Of a stretch of DNA of 64,000 bases, positions 1-8,796 are shown piece by piece. The stretch is taken from the NCBI GenBank assembly GCA_965247115.1, contig CBDFGR010000003.1:1280001-1344000 (forward strand). The letters are read 5' to 3'. The stretch comes from Myxococcota bacterium. GTDB taxonomy: Bacteria; Myxococcota_A; UBA9160; SZUA-336. How positions within the stretch are numbered: the stretch's first letter is position 1; each line of letters opens with the position of its first letter. The translations under genes were made by a program, and so were the position numbers. The notes beneath the pieces were generated by a model. The model was not told where the DNA came from. It ran no database searches and was given only the letters and a program-made list of their open reading frames with translations.

Positions 1-3000
1 GCCGATCAGGGCAGGTCGGAGCTCCTTTGGCTCGATGATCGATTCCAGCGAGCCCACCTCCCTGGCGCGCTCGACCGTGTGCGTGGCATCGAACTCTGCC
101 GCGACCTCGGCCTGCTTCTCGAGGGTCACCTCTTCGAGCAGGCGGTCGAGCTGGGCTCTGCGCGCGACGCGTGTCGGCACATCCGCGGCCGCGTCAACTC
201 GCGCGCGGGCCTCGCGCACACGGGGGTCGGCGACGGCCCGCCGTCTCACATCGCGTCCGAACACGACCGCTGCTGCGGCGGCACCCCCGATGACCGAGGC
301 GTAGGAGCCCGAGAGCGCGACCGCGTGCATGCCGTCGTTGAGCTCGCGCGAGAACACGACATAGGCCCCGCCGTGGTAGCGCGAGACCACCGTGAAGACC
401 AGCTTCCCCTGGAAGCGAACGACGGCGCGCGCGATCTCTGCGCCGAACTCCAGGATCCCCCGGCGCATCGACTCCGGCGAGCCATCGAAACCAGAGAGGT
501 TCGCCAGGATCACGACGGGCCGATTGCCGCTCGCCGCGTTGAGCGCGCGCGCGACCTTCTTGGACGAGTACGGGAACAGGGTGCCCGCCGTCCAGCTGTC
601 CGGACCGTCGTTCGGTGTGTAGCCCAGACGGGGCAGAGGTCGGCTCTCGATCCCGATCAACGAGATCGGGAAGCCGCCGAGATGCGCATCCCACACGATC
701 GCCGTCTCCGCCCCCTGCCAGATGGGCCAGCGCTCGAGGAAGCCGCAGTCCTGGTCGATCACCGAGCGCATGAGCGGACGCATCGCGAACGGCCGCTTGC
801 GCTCGGGGTTCGCCTCGCGCGAGAAGATGTCCCCCACCCTCTGAAAGTCCTCCTCTCCCTCGTACGGGGAGAGGGTCACGTCCCGGCCATCGGGGTCACC
901 CGTCTGGTAGCGGCGCGGGCCGGGTTCGCCGCGGCTCCGATAGCTGCAGGCGTAGTGCTCGAGCAGGATTTCGTAGGCATCCGGCAGCGTCCGAGCCTGA
1001 TGGTGGGCGTGACCGTTCGGTCCCATGATCCGCTCGTAGCCGCCGATACCCACCTCGTCCTCCGCTGCGACTCCTCCCGAGAACTCGAGCGCCGCACGGC
1101 CCGTGAGGACCATGTAGGCGCGTGGCAGCATGATCAGGATCCCACGGCTCTGCAGGCCCATGGTGGCCAGCGCGTCGAAGTAGCTCTGCGCGCCGACGTT
1201 GACACCCGGCAGGACCAGGTTCACCTCCCCATCCGCATCAGTGAAGGTCACCAGGCGCCGTACCACGCGCGCCGTCGCATCCAGGTTCTCGGTGCCGCTC
1301 TCCATCGCAATCCGCGCCCCCGAGGAGACGCCGACCCACTCGACCGGGAGTTCCTCGCGTTCGGCGAGATCGATGGCAGCGACGATCGCGCCGCATTCGG
1401 GCTCGCCGAGCGCGCCCATCCCGCGCGTCGGATCGCCGATCAAGAGCACGCGTCGCATGCCTTCGGGGTGCTTCACGGTCGGCGTCGTGATGATCCCGAA
1501 GACGACGCCACAGTCGTTGTCGCCCGGATCACGAACCACACGGGCGACCTTGCCCTCGTACAGGGCGTACTCCTCGAACACTCCAGGTCCGGTGGGGGTT
1601 CCGAGCCCGCCCCGCCTGCCCTCGTCGGGCTCCGCCGTGAAGAGCCGGGCGACCTCGTAGGGGTAGAAGAGCCCCCGGGCGCGCGCAGCGGCCATGCGGC
1701 GTTCGGCGGGTGTGGCCGGCTGGAGCGACCTCGTGTGTGGCTCTCGAATGCTCCACTCCACGCGCGTGCCCACGGGCGTTCCGGCCAGCACCTCGATCTT
1801 TCTCGGGACCGAGTCGATGTCGGTCTTCTCGACGCTGGCCAGGCGCACGACCACCCACTCCAGGCCGAGGTGCGCGGTCTCCGGTGCCAGCCTGCGCAGC
1901 AGGTCCTGGAGGAGCTCATCCGCGAGCACCAGCGGGGGGCGGACGAAGAGGTACAGCCGGTTCCAGCGCAGCCGGTGCTCGGGGTCGCGCTGTCCGCGCA
2001 ACGAGCGCATCGCCTCGATCGCCTCGTGGAAACGCTGCTGGAACTTCGCGCGATCGGGCGCGTTCGGCAACGCGAAACCGATGTCGGTCACCTCCGCAAA
2101 GCAAAACAGCCGGGCGTCGCCCGGGTCGTCGCGGGAGCGGGCGTAGAAGCCGTGGATACCCTCGAAGCGCTCGATCTCGATGGGCTCGAGCTCGAAACGG
2201 TCGAGACGCCAGAGCTCGATGCGGCGTGCCAGATCCACGGGCAGGCCGAGCTCGCGCGCACGCCGTTCGAGGGCATCGGGATCGGGCGGTGGCACGAGGG
2301 TATGCGCCAGGTCGACGGCGGGCGCGATGGAGGCCTCGCCCGCGGCCTTCCCACTCGCGCGATCGAAGAGCGCGTAGTGCGCCTGCGCCGCCAGGTCCGC
2401 GACCGTCTCCGACACCGCCCCCCGCAGCAGGGTGAGCCGGTCCAGGGCCCCTGCCAGCTCTGGGTGCCTCGAGAAGGTCTCGCCCTGCTCCCCCAGACGG
2501 ATCAGAGTATGGAGCAACGCCTCGATCAGGCGCGCGCGCAGCCCCAGAGTTGTGCGCGTGGCATAGAGACGCAGGGCTGCGCGCTCGAGCGAGTCGCTCG
2601 GCTCCAGGGAGTCGACGTCGTAGTGAGCGAGCGCCCGACGCAGCAGCTCCAGAAAACCCGGGTCGATCCCCGCGCCGGCCGCACTCATCCGGCGCAGATA
2701 CCTGGCCATCCGTGCGTCGTTCGACGGCCCCAGCTCGTCAACCGCGACGCGCGTCGGTGCCGTGTCGAAGAGCGTCTCGATGTCGCTGAAGAGCGCCACC
2801 GCACCAGCGAGCTGGGCGAGCTGTGCCTGGAATGCCTCGGAGACGCCGGCCACGGGCGATTCGAGAATCTCCACCAGGCGTTCCGCGCGGTCCGGATTCA
2901 CGTCGTAGCCCATCAGCACACGTCGTGTCTCTGAGCGCAGCGCCGCAATCCCGGCGGCTCGCTGCGATGCGGGCAGCTTGGTCGCCCCCTCGGGTGACAC

Positions 3001-5064
3001 CTGCCCGTCACTGGCGAAGAAGATCTCCAGGGGGTCCTCCTCCGGCGCCAGCCCGAGCGGAGCTGTCGGTGGGTCGGCGGAATCCTGATCGAAGCTGGGT
3101 TCGATCACGAGGATCACGTCACCGGCCGAGACGCGTTCTCCAGCCCTTACAAGGACCTCGCGCACCAGACCCGCTACGGGTGCAAAGAAGGCCGTCTCGG
3201 TCTTCATCGCTTCCAGCAAGCCGAGACGCTGTCCCGCCGCAACACCCTCTCCCGCCCGAACCGCAAGCTCGATCACGAGGGCGGGCGCCGGCGCGCGCAC
3301 CTTCCCTCCAATGTCTCTCTGTACGCGGTGATGCTGGCCATCGAGCTCGATCCGGAGCTCGACCTCGGATTCGCCGATGAGCACCTGGTGGCTGCGCTCG
3401 CCCACGTGGAGGGTGCGCGTGTGCGGTCCGTGCTCGAGCAGCCCCACCTGCGCCACGCTGTCGCCCAGGTGGACGCGGTACGACCAGTTTCCGATGGCGT
3501 AGACGGTAAGCCGGTAGGCGACGCCCACGAAGACGAGGTCGATCTCCGCCCCCATCGAGGGGGGGATCCGCTGAGGACGTCCTCCTTCCGCATAGAAGTT
3601 TGCACGCACGGCCGCGCGCTCACGCTGATACACGTGGATGGCAGCGACCAGAAGCACCTCGATGCACGGATCCGGCGACGCGGCAAGCTCCGCCTCGGCG
3701 AGCCAGCCCGTATCGACGGAGCCACTCCGGAAGCGCGGGTGGTTCAGCACGTCCAGGAGAAAGCCCTTGTTCGTCATCCCGCCGTCGACCACGACACGGA
3801 CGTCGGAGACGGCCCGCTCGAGTCGGGCACGAGCCTCCTCGCGGGATGCCCCGTGCGCCATGACCTTCGCAATCATGGAGTCGAACTCCGCGGGGATGAT
3901 GTCTCCGGCGGCGATGCCTGCGTCGACCCGAATCCCGGGACCCGCGGGCAGCTCGAGCTGCGTGACGAGGCCCGGGCTGGGAGCGAAGTCCGCGGATGGA
4001 TCCTCCGCGCAGAGCCGGACCTCCATCGAGCAACCTCGGGGCTGCGGCGCGACGTCTGGCAGCCGCTCGCCTCGTGCGATGCGAATCTGCCATTTGACGA
4101 GGTCGAAGCCGCAGAGAAGCTCCGTGATGCCGTGCTCGACCTGGAGCCGCGGGTTCACCTCGAGGAAATAGAACGACCCATCGCCGGCAACGAGGAACTC
4201 GCAGGTCGCGACTCCCACATACTCGGCCGCCTGCAGCATGCGGATCGACGCCTCGCGCATCGCGCGCGCGAGCTCATCCGGGATCCCCGGGGGCGGTGCC
4301 TCCTCGATCACCTTCTGGTGCCGTCGCTGCACGGAGCAGTCGCGCAGCCCCAGGGCGAGCACGCCGCCGTGCTCATCTGCAGCGAGCTGCACTTCGATGT
4401 GACGCGCTGCGCCAATCTGAGACTCGAGGAACAGCGTGCCGTCTCCGAACGCGTGAGCAGCTTCTGCTCCAGAGCTGTCGAAGGCGGACTCGAGCTCGGA
4501 GGCATCGCGTACGAGGCGGATACCACGCCCTCCGCCCCCCGCCGACGCCTTTAGCATCAGCGGGAAGCCGATGCGCTCGGCATGCCGCAGCACGTCAGAG
4601 CGTTCGACCGGACCGCCGCTCCACGGGATGACCGGAACGTCGACCTCCGCGGCGAGCTGCTTGGAGCGAATCTTGTCACCGAGCAGGCGCATCGTCTCAG
4701 AGCGCGGTCCGAGAAAGATCAGCTCCGAGGCCTCGAGCTTCTCGACGAAGGAGGGATCCTCGGCGAGAAATCCCCAGCCCGGCCAGACGCTGTCCGCGCG
4801 CATCGCGCGCAGCGCGGCCAGAACCCGATCGCGGTCGAGATAGGCGGGTCTCTCCGCCGCGCCTCCGACGCGTCGCAGCGCCGGGCCCAGGGAGATCGTC
4901 TCATCCGCCTCGCGGACAAAGGGCGCGAAGCGATCTGGGTCTGTGTAGAGAGCGATCCCGACGAGATCGCTCTTCTCCTCGCTGCGCAGCTCGCGGATCG
5001 CGCGCAGGAAGCGCGTAGCGGCTTCGCCTCGGTTCAGGATGGCGACCCTCTGAACCTTTGCCAT
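1..5064 (-). CDS. Single-chain biotin-dependent acyl-CoA carboxylase (biotin carboxylase + biotin carrier + central region + carboxyltransferase), 3' end off-window
   Basis: Manually translated from ATG at 5064: MAKVQRVAILNRGEAA...WPGWGFLAE...GDKIRSK (biotin carboxylase), EAMK biotinylation motif at 3202-3213, and LSGFDGSPESM...SRYHGGAYVVFS (carboxyltransferase) near the left edge. It is absent from the ORF track because no stop occurs in the window. Over 1688 codons. Confidence 0.9.
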   Translation of the reverse strand, partial: MAKVQRVAILNRGEAATRFLRAIRELRSEEKSDLVGIALYTDPDRFAPFVREADETISLGPALRRVGGAAERPAYLDRDRVLAALRAMRADSVWPGWGFLAEDPSFVEKLEASELIFLGPRSETMRLLGDKIRSKQLAAEVDVPVIPWSGGPVERSDVLRHAERIGFPLMLKASAGGGGRGIRLVRDASELESAFDSSGAEAAHAFGDGTLFLESQIGAARHIEVQLAADEHGGVLALGLRDCSVQRRHQKVIEEAPPPGIPDELARAMREASIRMLQAAEYVGVATCEFLVAGDGSFYFLEVNPRLQVEHGITELLCGFDLVKWQIRIARGERLPDVAPQPRGCSMEVRLCAEDPSADFAPSPGLVTQLELPAGPGIRVDAGIAAGDIIPAEFDSMIAKVMAHGASREEARARLERAVSDVRVVVDGGMTNKGFLLDVLNHPRFRSGSVDTGWLAEAELAASPDPCIEVLLVAAIHVYQRERAAVRANFYAEGGRPQRIPPSMGAEIDLVFVGVAYRLTVYAIGNWSYRVHLGDSVAQVGLLEHGPHTRTLHVGERSHQVLIGESEVELRIELDGQHHRVQRDIGGKVRAPAPALVIELAVRAGEGVAAGQRLGLLEAMKTETAFFAPVAGLVREVLVRAGERVSAGDVILVIEPSFDQDSADPPTAPLGLAPEEDPLEIFFASDGQVSPEGATKLPASQRAAGIAALRSETRRVLMGYDVNPDRAERLVEILESPVAGVSEAFQAQLAQLAGAVALFSDIETLFDTAPTRVAVDELGPSNDARMARYLRRMSAAGAGIDPGFLELLRRALAHYDVDSLEPSDSLERAALRLYATRTTLGLRARLIEALLHTLIRLGEQGETFSRHPELAGALDRLTLLRGAVSETVADLAAQAHYALFDRASGKAAGEASIAPAVDLAHTLVPPPDPDALERRARELGLPVDLARRIELWRLDRFELEPIEIERFEGIHGFYARSRDDPGDARLFCFAEVTDIGFALPNAPDRAKFQQRFHEAIEAMRSLRGQRDPEHRLRWNRLYLFVRPPLVLADELLQDLLRRLAPETAHLGLEWVVVRLASVEKTDIDSVPRKIEVLAGTPVGTRVEWSIREPHTRSLQPATPAERRMAAARARGLFYPYEVARLFTAEPDEGRRGGLGTPTGPGVFEEYALYEGKVARVVRDPGDNDCGVVFGIITTPTVKHPEGMRRVLLIGDPTRGMGALGEPECGAIVAAIDLAEREELPVEWVGVSSGARIAMESGTENLDATARVVRRLVTFTDADGEVNLVLPGVNVGAQSYFDALATMGLQSRGILIMLPRAYMVLTGRAALEFSGGVAAEDEVGIGGYERIMGPNGHAHHQARTLPDAYEILLEHYACSYRSRGEPGPRRYQTGDPDGRDVTLSPYEGEEDFQRVGDIFSREANPERKRPFAMRPLMRSVIDQDCGFLERWPIWQGAETAIVWDAHLGGFPISLIGIESRPLPRLGYTPNDGPDSWTAGTLFPYSSKKVARALNAASGNRPVVILANLSGFDGSPESMRRGILEFGAEIARAVVRFQGKLVFTVVSRYHGGAYVVFSRELNDGMHAVALSGSYASVIGGAAAAAVVFGRDVRRRAVADPRVREARARVDAAADVPTRVARRAQLDRLLEEVTLEKQAEVAAEFDATHTVERAREVGSLESIIEPKELRPALIG

Positions 5065-5129
5065 CTCCGAGATGTTAGCCCAGTTCTCGCGGCAAGATCG
5101 CATGAACCACGAGACGGCGAGACCCGGGA

Positions 5130-6422
5130 CTAGCTCTTTGCAGGAAGGGCGCCAGGAAAGACACGAGCGAACGCGAAGAAACAGAGGAAGAAGAGTCCGG
5201 GAAAGCCCAATCCGATCCCGAGCTCAATCGTCGAGAATGGTGTGACCGGCGCGCCGGCGAGTACGTCGGCCGGCGAAACCAGCGAGGGCGTCACCAGGAT
5301 GTAGCGCTCCAGCCAGAAGCCGATCACGGAGCCCGCCGCGACGCTACCCAGGATCGCAGGGGTCTTCTTCGGGAGCGCACCCAGCAGCACCCAGAACGGA
5401 ATCACCCAGAGCAGGAGCCACGTGGACAGGGTGATCCTCGCGTAGGGCTCTGCGACGCGCTCCCAGAATCCGGTCAGGTACCAGGTGTCCTGGACGAACT
5501 GCGACCCGAGTCGGTCGACGATGAAACCGGTCTCTTCCGGGATGTTCGCGTACCAGATTACGAAGTACTGCGACCAGAACAGGTACATCCAGAAGATCGA
5601 GAACGCAAAGATCATTTTGCCGAGGTCGTGGCGCCGGCTCACGGTGATCTCTCCGCTGAGCTCCTGGGAGTTGCGCATGACGAGACAGATGATCGTGAGC
5701 AGAGAGATCGCGGACAGGAAGCCGCCCCAGGAGAAGTAGGCGGGGAACATGGTGCTGACCCATTCCGGTGACAGCGACATGATCATGTCCATTGCGAGCA
5801 GCGAGTAGCAGATCGCGTACGAGACGATCAGCACCACCGCCATCTTGCGCAGGCGCCGCTCTGCGAGCTCGCGTTCGCGCGACTCGCCGCGCCAGCCGCT
5901 GGTCCATCTTGCATACAGTCCGGCGAAACGCCCAGACCCGTTCTCCCGAGCCTCTCCCAGCATCGGACGTACCGACAGGTACAAGTAGAATAGAGACACG
6001 AACGTGATCCAGAGCAGGGCGAAGAGGTCGCGTCCAAAGGTGAAGCCCTCCCGGTACCACCATTCCTTGCCGTGAACTTCGTGGTCCACCCACTCGAAGA
6101 GCTCGTGACGCCCGAGGAAGACGACGAAGAAGAGCACCAGGGTGACCGGGATGTAGGCGCCCATCGAATCGGCGACGCGGTGAATCGGACCCTGCCAGCG
6201 TGCGTTCGTGAGGCGCATGGCACAGGAGAGCACCAGTGCGCCCTGTGCGAGGGCTCCCCACAGCAGCCAGTTGTGAAGGAAGACGCGGTAGGTGCGCTCG
6301 CTCGTGGCCTCACTGCCCGCGATGCCGGCAACGAACGTGATCACGCCGAGCGCGGCGAGGGCCCCGAAGATGGTCAGGGTCCTCGTCGAAAGGGATCTCG
6401 GACTCGCTACGTCGGCGCTCAC
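5130..6422 (-). CDS. actF: Alternative complex III membrane subunit ActF
   Basis: Polytopic NrfD-like protein with SLSPEWVSTMFP, HDLGKMIFAFSIFWMYLFWSQYFVIWYANIPEET; last gene of the act cluster. Confidence 0.85.
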   Translation of the reverse strand: MSADVASPRSLSTRTLTIFGALAALGVITFVAGIAGSEATSERTYRVFLHNWLLWGALAQGALVLSCAMRLTNARWQGPIHRVADSMGAYIPVTLVLFFVVFLGRHELFEWVDHEVHGKEWWYREGFTFGRDLFALLWITFVSLFYLYLSVRPMLGEARENGSGRFAGLYARWTSGWRGESRERELAERRLRKMAVVLIVSYAICYSLLAMDMIMSLSPEWVSTMFPAYFSWGGFLSAISLLTIICLVMRNSQELSGEITVSRRHDLGKMIFAFSIFWMYLFWSQYFVIWYANIPEETGFIVDRLGSQFVQDTWYLTGFWERVAEPYARITLSTWLLLWVIPFWVLLGALPKKTPAILGSVAAGSVIGFWLERYILVTPSLVSPADVLAGAPVTPFSTIELGIGLGFPGLFFLCFFAFARVFPGALPAKS

Positions 6423-6425
6423 AGC

Positions 6426-6968
6426 TCAGCCTCCAAAAAGGGTCCGGAGGTAGTTGACGGTATGCCAGCGATCCTCCGACGAGATCTGGGGGTACCCCGG
6501 CATGAGCGGCTTTCCGTACAGGATCTTCGTGAAGATCTGACCGTCTGTGTAGGCGACGGTAGTGGACAGCGGAAACGGTGGAGCCCCCGACTCGGCGAGG
6601 CGTCGCGCCAGCGGGCTGCTCGCGGGGCTCGCCATGCCGTCCGCAGCGTGACAGACCGCGCAGAACGTCGTGTATAGCTCTCTTCCGCGCGCGATCGACT
6701 CATCGGTCGCGGGAATCGGGTTCACGAGCGCGCGGGCCTCCACCGCGTGCATCGGATTCACGAAGAGCGGATTGTCCTCCTCGATCCGGATCGTGTAGCC
6801 GCCAACGGGGACCGTGCCCTCGGGCGGAGCGAAGGGCTCGGCCTCGAGGGCCTGAATGGCCGGCTGCTCCTTCATCTGCGCGAACCAGCCCTTCGAGACC
6901 TGCTCCCAGCAGCCAGTGCCGAGCAAGGCGACAGCGGCGAGCGCGAAAACGCTCCTAACTCTCGACAA
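6426..6968 (-). CDS. actE: Alternative complex III monoheme cytochrome c lipoprotein ActE
   Basis: Lipobox LGTGC, one CAVCH heme motif, PPEGTVP, MPGY. The TTG start at 6968 overlapping the actD end is inferred. Confidence 0.8.
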   Translation of the reverse strand: MSRVRSVFALAAVALLGTGCWEQVSKGWFAQMKEQPAIQALEAEPFAPPEGTVPVGGYTIRIEEDNPLFVNPMHAVEARALVNPIPATDESIARGRELYTTFCAVCHAADGMASPASSPLARRLAESGAPPFPLSTTVAYTDGQIFTKILYGKPLMPGYPQISSEDRWHTVNYLRTLFGG

Positions 6969-7458
6969 CGCGCACCTCCGCGCACCCGGCACTCCCGAGC
7001 AGCTCCTGCACGCGGGAGATCTGGTCGGGGTGACAGCCGACCACACAGCCGAACTCGTCGCCGCTGAAGCTGGGGCGGTAGGCATCGTGTCCCTTCCGCG
7101 CCATGTAGAGCCCGTGAATCAGGAGCCCGACGACCGTGAGGATGCCCCCAAAAAGGATGTTCAGCTCGAAGCCGATGATCGTATAAGCAGGGATCGAGGC
7201 GAACGGCTTGCCTCCGATGACGAGGGGCCAGTTGTACGCCATCCAGATCTGCATGATGTACGCGAGCGTGACCCCCGTGAGGCAACCGATCAGCGTGTAG
7301 AGACGTACCCGACTCGGTGCACGACCGATCGCCTCTTCGATCTCGTGGCTCGGACAGGGCGAGTAGACCTCGAGATCATCGAAGCCCGCCTGCTTGAGCG
7401 TCCGCACCGCGCCTACAGTCGCCTCCGGAGAGCTCAGCACTCCCAACACGCTCGCCAT
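6955..7458 (-). CDS. actD: Alternative complex III subunit ActD (DUF3341)
   Basis: MASVLGVLSS...EVYSPCPSHEIEEAIG...WPLVIGGKPFASIPAYTIIGFELNILF; ATG overlaps the actC TGA. Confidence 0.85.
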   Translation of the reverse strand: MASVLGVLSSPEATVGAVRTLKQAGFDDLEVYSPCPSHEIEEAIGRAPSRVRLYTLIGCLTGVTLAYIMQIWMAYNWPLVIGGKPFASIPAYTIIGFELNILFGGILTVVGLLIHGLYMARKGHDAYRPSFSGDEFGCVVGCHPDQISRVQELLGSAGCAEVRVVES

Positions 7459-8795
7459 CAGTGTGAGTCCTCTGCCAGCGCGTGGTAGTGCAGCTCCTTG
7501 ACCTCCTGGATCGCAATCACCGGGAACAGCCGCAGGAAGATCAGGAACATGGTCAGGAAGAGCGCAAAGCTGGCGGCCAGGATCGTCAGCTCCACGACGC
7601 TCGGCACGTAGTAGCCCCACGCCGCGGGATCGTACTCGTGAGAGAGCCCCGTCGTGATGATCACGTAGCGCTCGAACCACATGCCCACGTTGATGAAGAT
7701 GGAGATCACCCACATGACCGAGGCGCTCTCGCGCAACTTCTTCACCCAGAGGGGAAGGGGCGCGACGACGTTGCAGATGATCATGATCCAGGTCGAGGTC
7801 CAGTGGTAGCCGAAGCCGCGATGCCAGAAAGAGCCCTGCTCGTAGGGGTTCGCGCTGTACCAGGCGCTGAAGAACTCCATCCCGTACGAGTACCCCACGA
7901 TGGAGGAGGTCAGCAGGATGAGCTTCCCCACGTTGTCGAAGTGGCTCGGCGTCAGGTAGCGCTCGAGACCAAAGGCCTTGCGCACCGGCACCAGCAGGGT
8001 GATGACCATCGCGAGTCCGGAGAAGATCGCGCCCGCGACAAAGTACGGGGCAAAGATGGTGGTGTGCCAGCCCGGCACGAGGGAGGTCGCGAAGTCCCAC
8101 GAGACGACGCTGTGCACCGAGAGCACGAGCGGCGTGGCCAGGCCCGAGAGGTGCAAGACTGCGCGCGCGTGGTGGCGCCACTGCTGCGACGAGCCCTTCC
8201 AGCCAAGGGCGAGCACGCGGTAGACGTGTCGCCGCCAGTCGCGCACCCGATCCCGAGCCGCAGCGATGTCCGGGATGAGGCCGACCGCAAAGAACAGGAT
8301 CGAGATCAGCATGTACGTGTTGATCGCGAAGAGGTCCCAGACGAGTGGGGACTTGAAGTTGACCCACAGGCCGCGCTGGTTCGGATAGGGAATCATGAAG
8401 TAGAACTTCCACAGGCGACCGATGTGGATCAGCGGGAACATCGCCGCGATGAGAACGGCGAATACCGTCATCGCCTCGGCGCCGCGGTTGACCGCGTTCC
8501 GCCATTTCGCGCGGAACAAGTACAGGATGGCGGAGATCAGTGTGCCGGCGTGCGCGATCCCCACCCAGAACACGAAGGTCGTGATGTACACGCCCCACAT
8601 GACGGGATGCTGCAGGCCCGTGACACCGAAGCCAAAGTACGTCTGATACAGAAGTGCGCCGACGCCCGCACCGACGATGCCGATGCAGGCGAGCACGCCG
8701 AGCACGTACAGCGGCGTCGGCGGCTCCAAGACGCGCAGGATGTCGTCGTTGATCTGATCCGCTGTTGGCGGAACGAGCTCGGTCGCGGCGGCCAT
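7458..8795 (-). CDS. actC: Alternative complex III quinol-binding subunit ActC (NrfD/PsrC family)
   Basis: WGVYITTFVFWVGIAHAGTLISAIL, NFKSPLVWD, SVHSVVSWDFA, GMWFERYVII. Confidence 0.93.
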   Translation of the reverse strand: MAAATELVPPTADQINDDILRVLEPPTPLYVLGVLACIGIVGAGVGALLYQTYFGFGVTGLQHPVMWGVYITTFVFWVGIAHAGTLISAILYLFRAKWRNAVNRGAEAMTVFAVLIAAMFPLIHIGRLWKFYFMIPYPNQRGLWVNFKSPLVWDLFAINTYMLISILFFAVGLIPDIAAARDRVRDWRRHVYRVLALGWKGSSQQWRHHARAVLHLSGLATPLVLSVHSVVSWDFATSLVPGWHTTIFAPYFVAGAIFSGLAMVITLLVPVRKAFGLERYLTPSHFDNVGKLILLTSSIVGYSYGMEFFSAWYSANPYEQGSFWHRGFGYHWTSTWIMIICNVVAPLPLWVKKLRESASVMWVISIFINVGMWFERYVIITTGLSHEYDPAAWGYYVPSVVELTILAASFALFLTMFLIFLRLFPVIAIQEVKELHYHALAEDSH

Positions 8796-8796
8796 C

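Noticed and set aside
79..4554. Long plus-strand ORFs (951 aa, 408 aa) and similar ones at 7482-8933, 8851-11832, 20760-22763, 38299-40839 and 51201-52412
   Set aside because: They are antisense shadows of well-supported minus-strand genes in high-GC DNA and have no recognisable motifs.
6955..8598. 547-aa ORF as listed in the track (likewise the extended starts at 14624, 15323, 23270, 23446 and 61765)
   Set aside because: The upstream parts overlap other genes in a different frame. The real genes begin at internal starts (7458, 13997, 15710, 22493, 23914, 61675).
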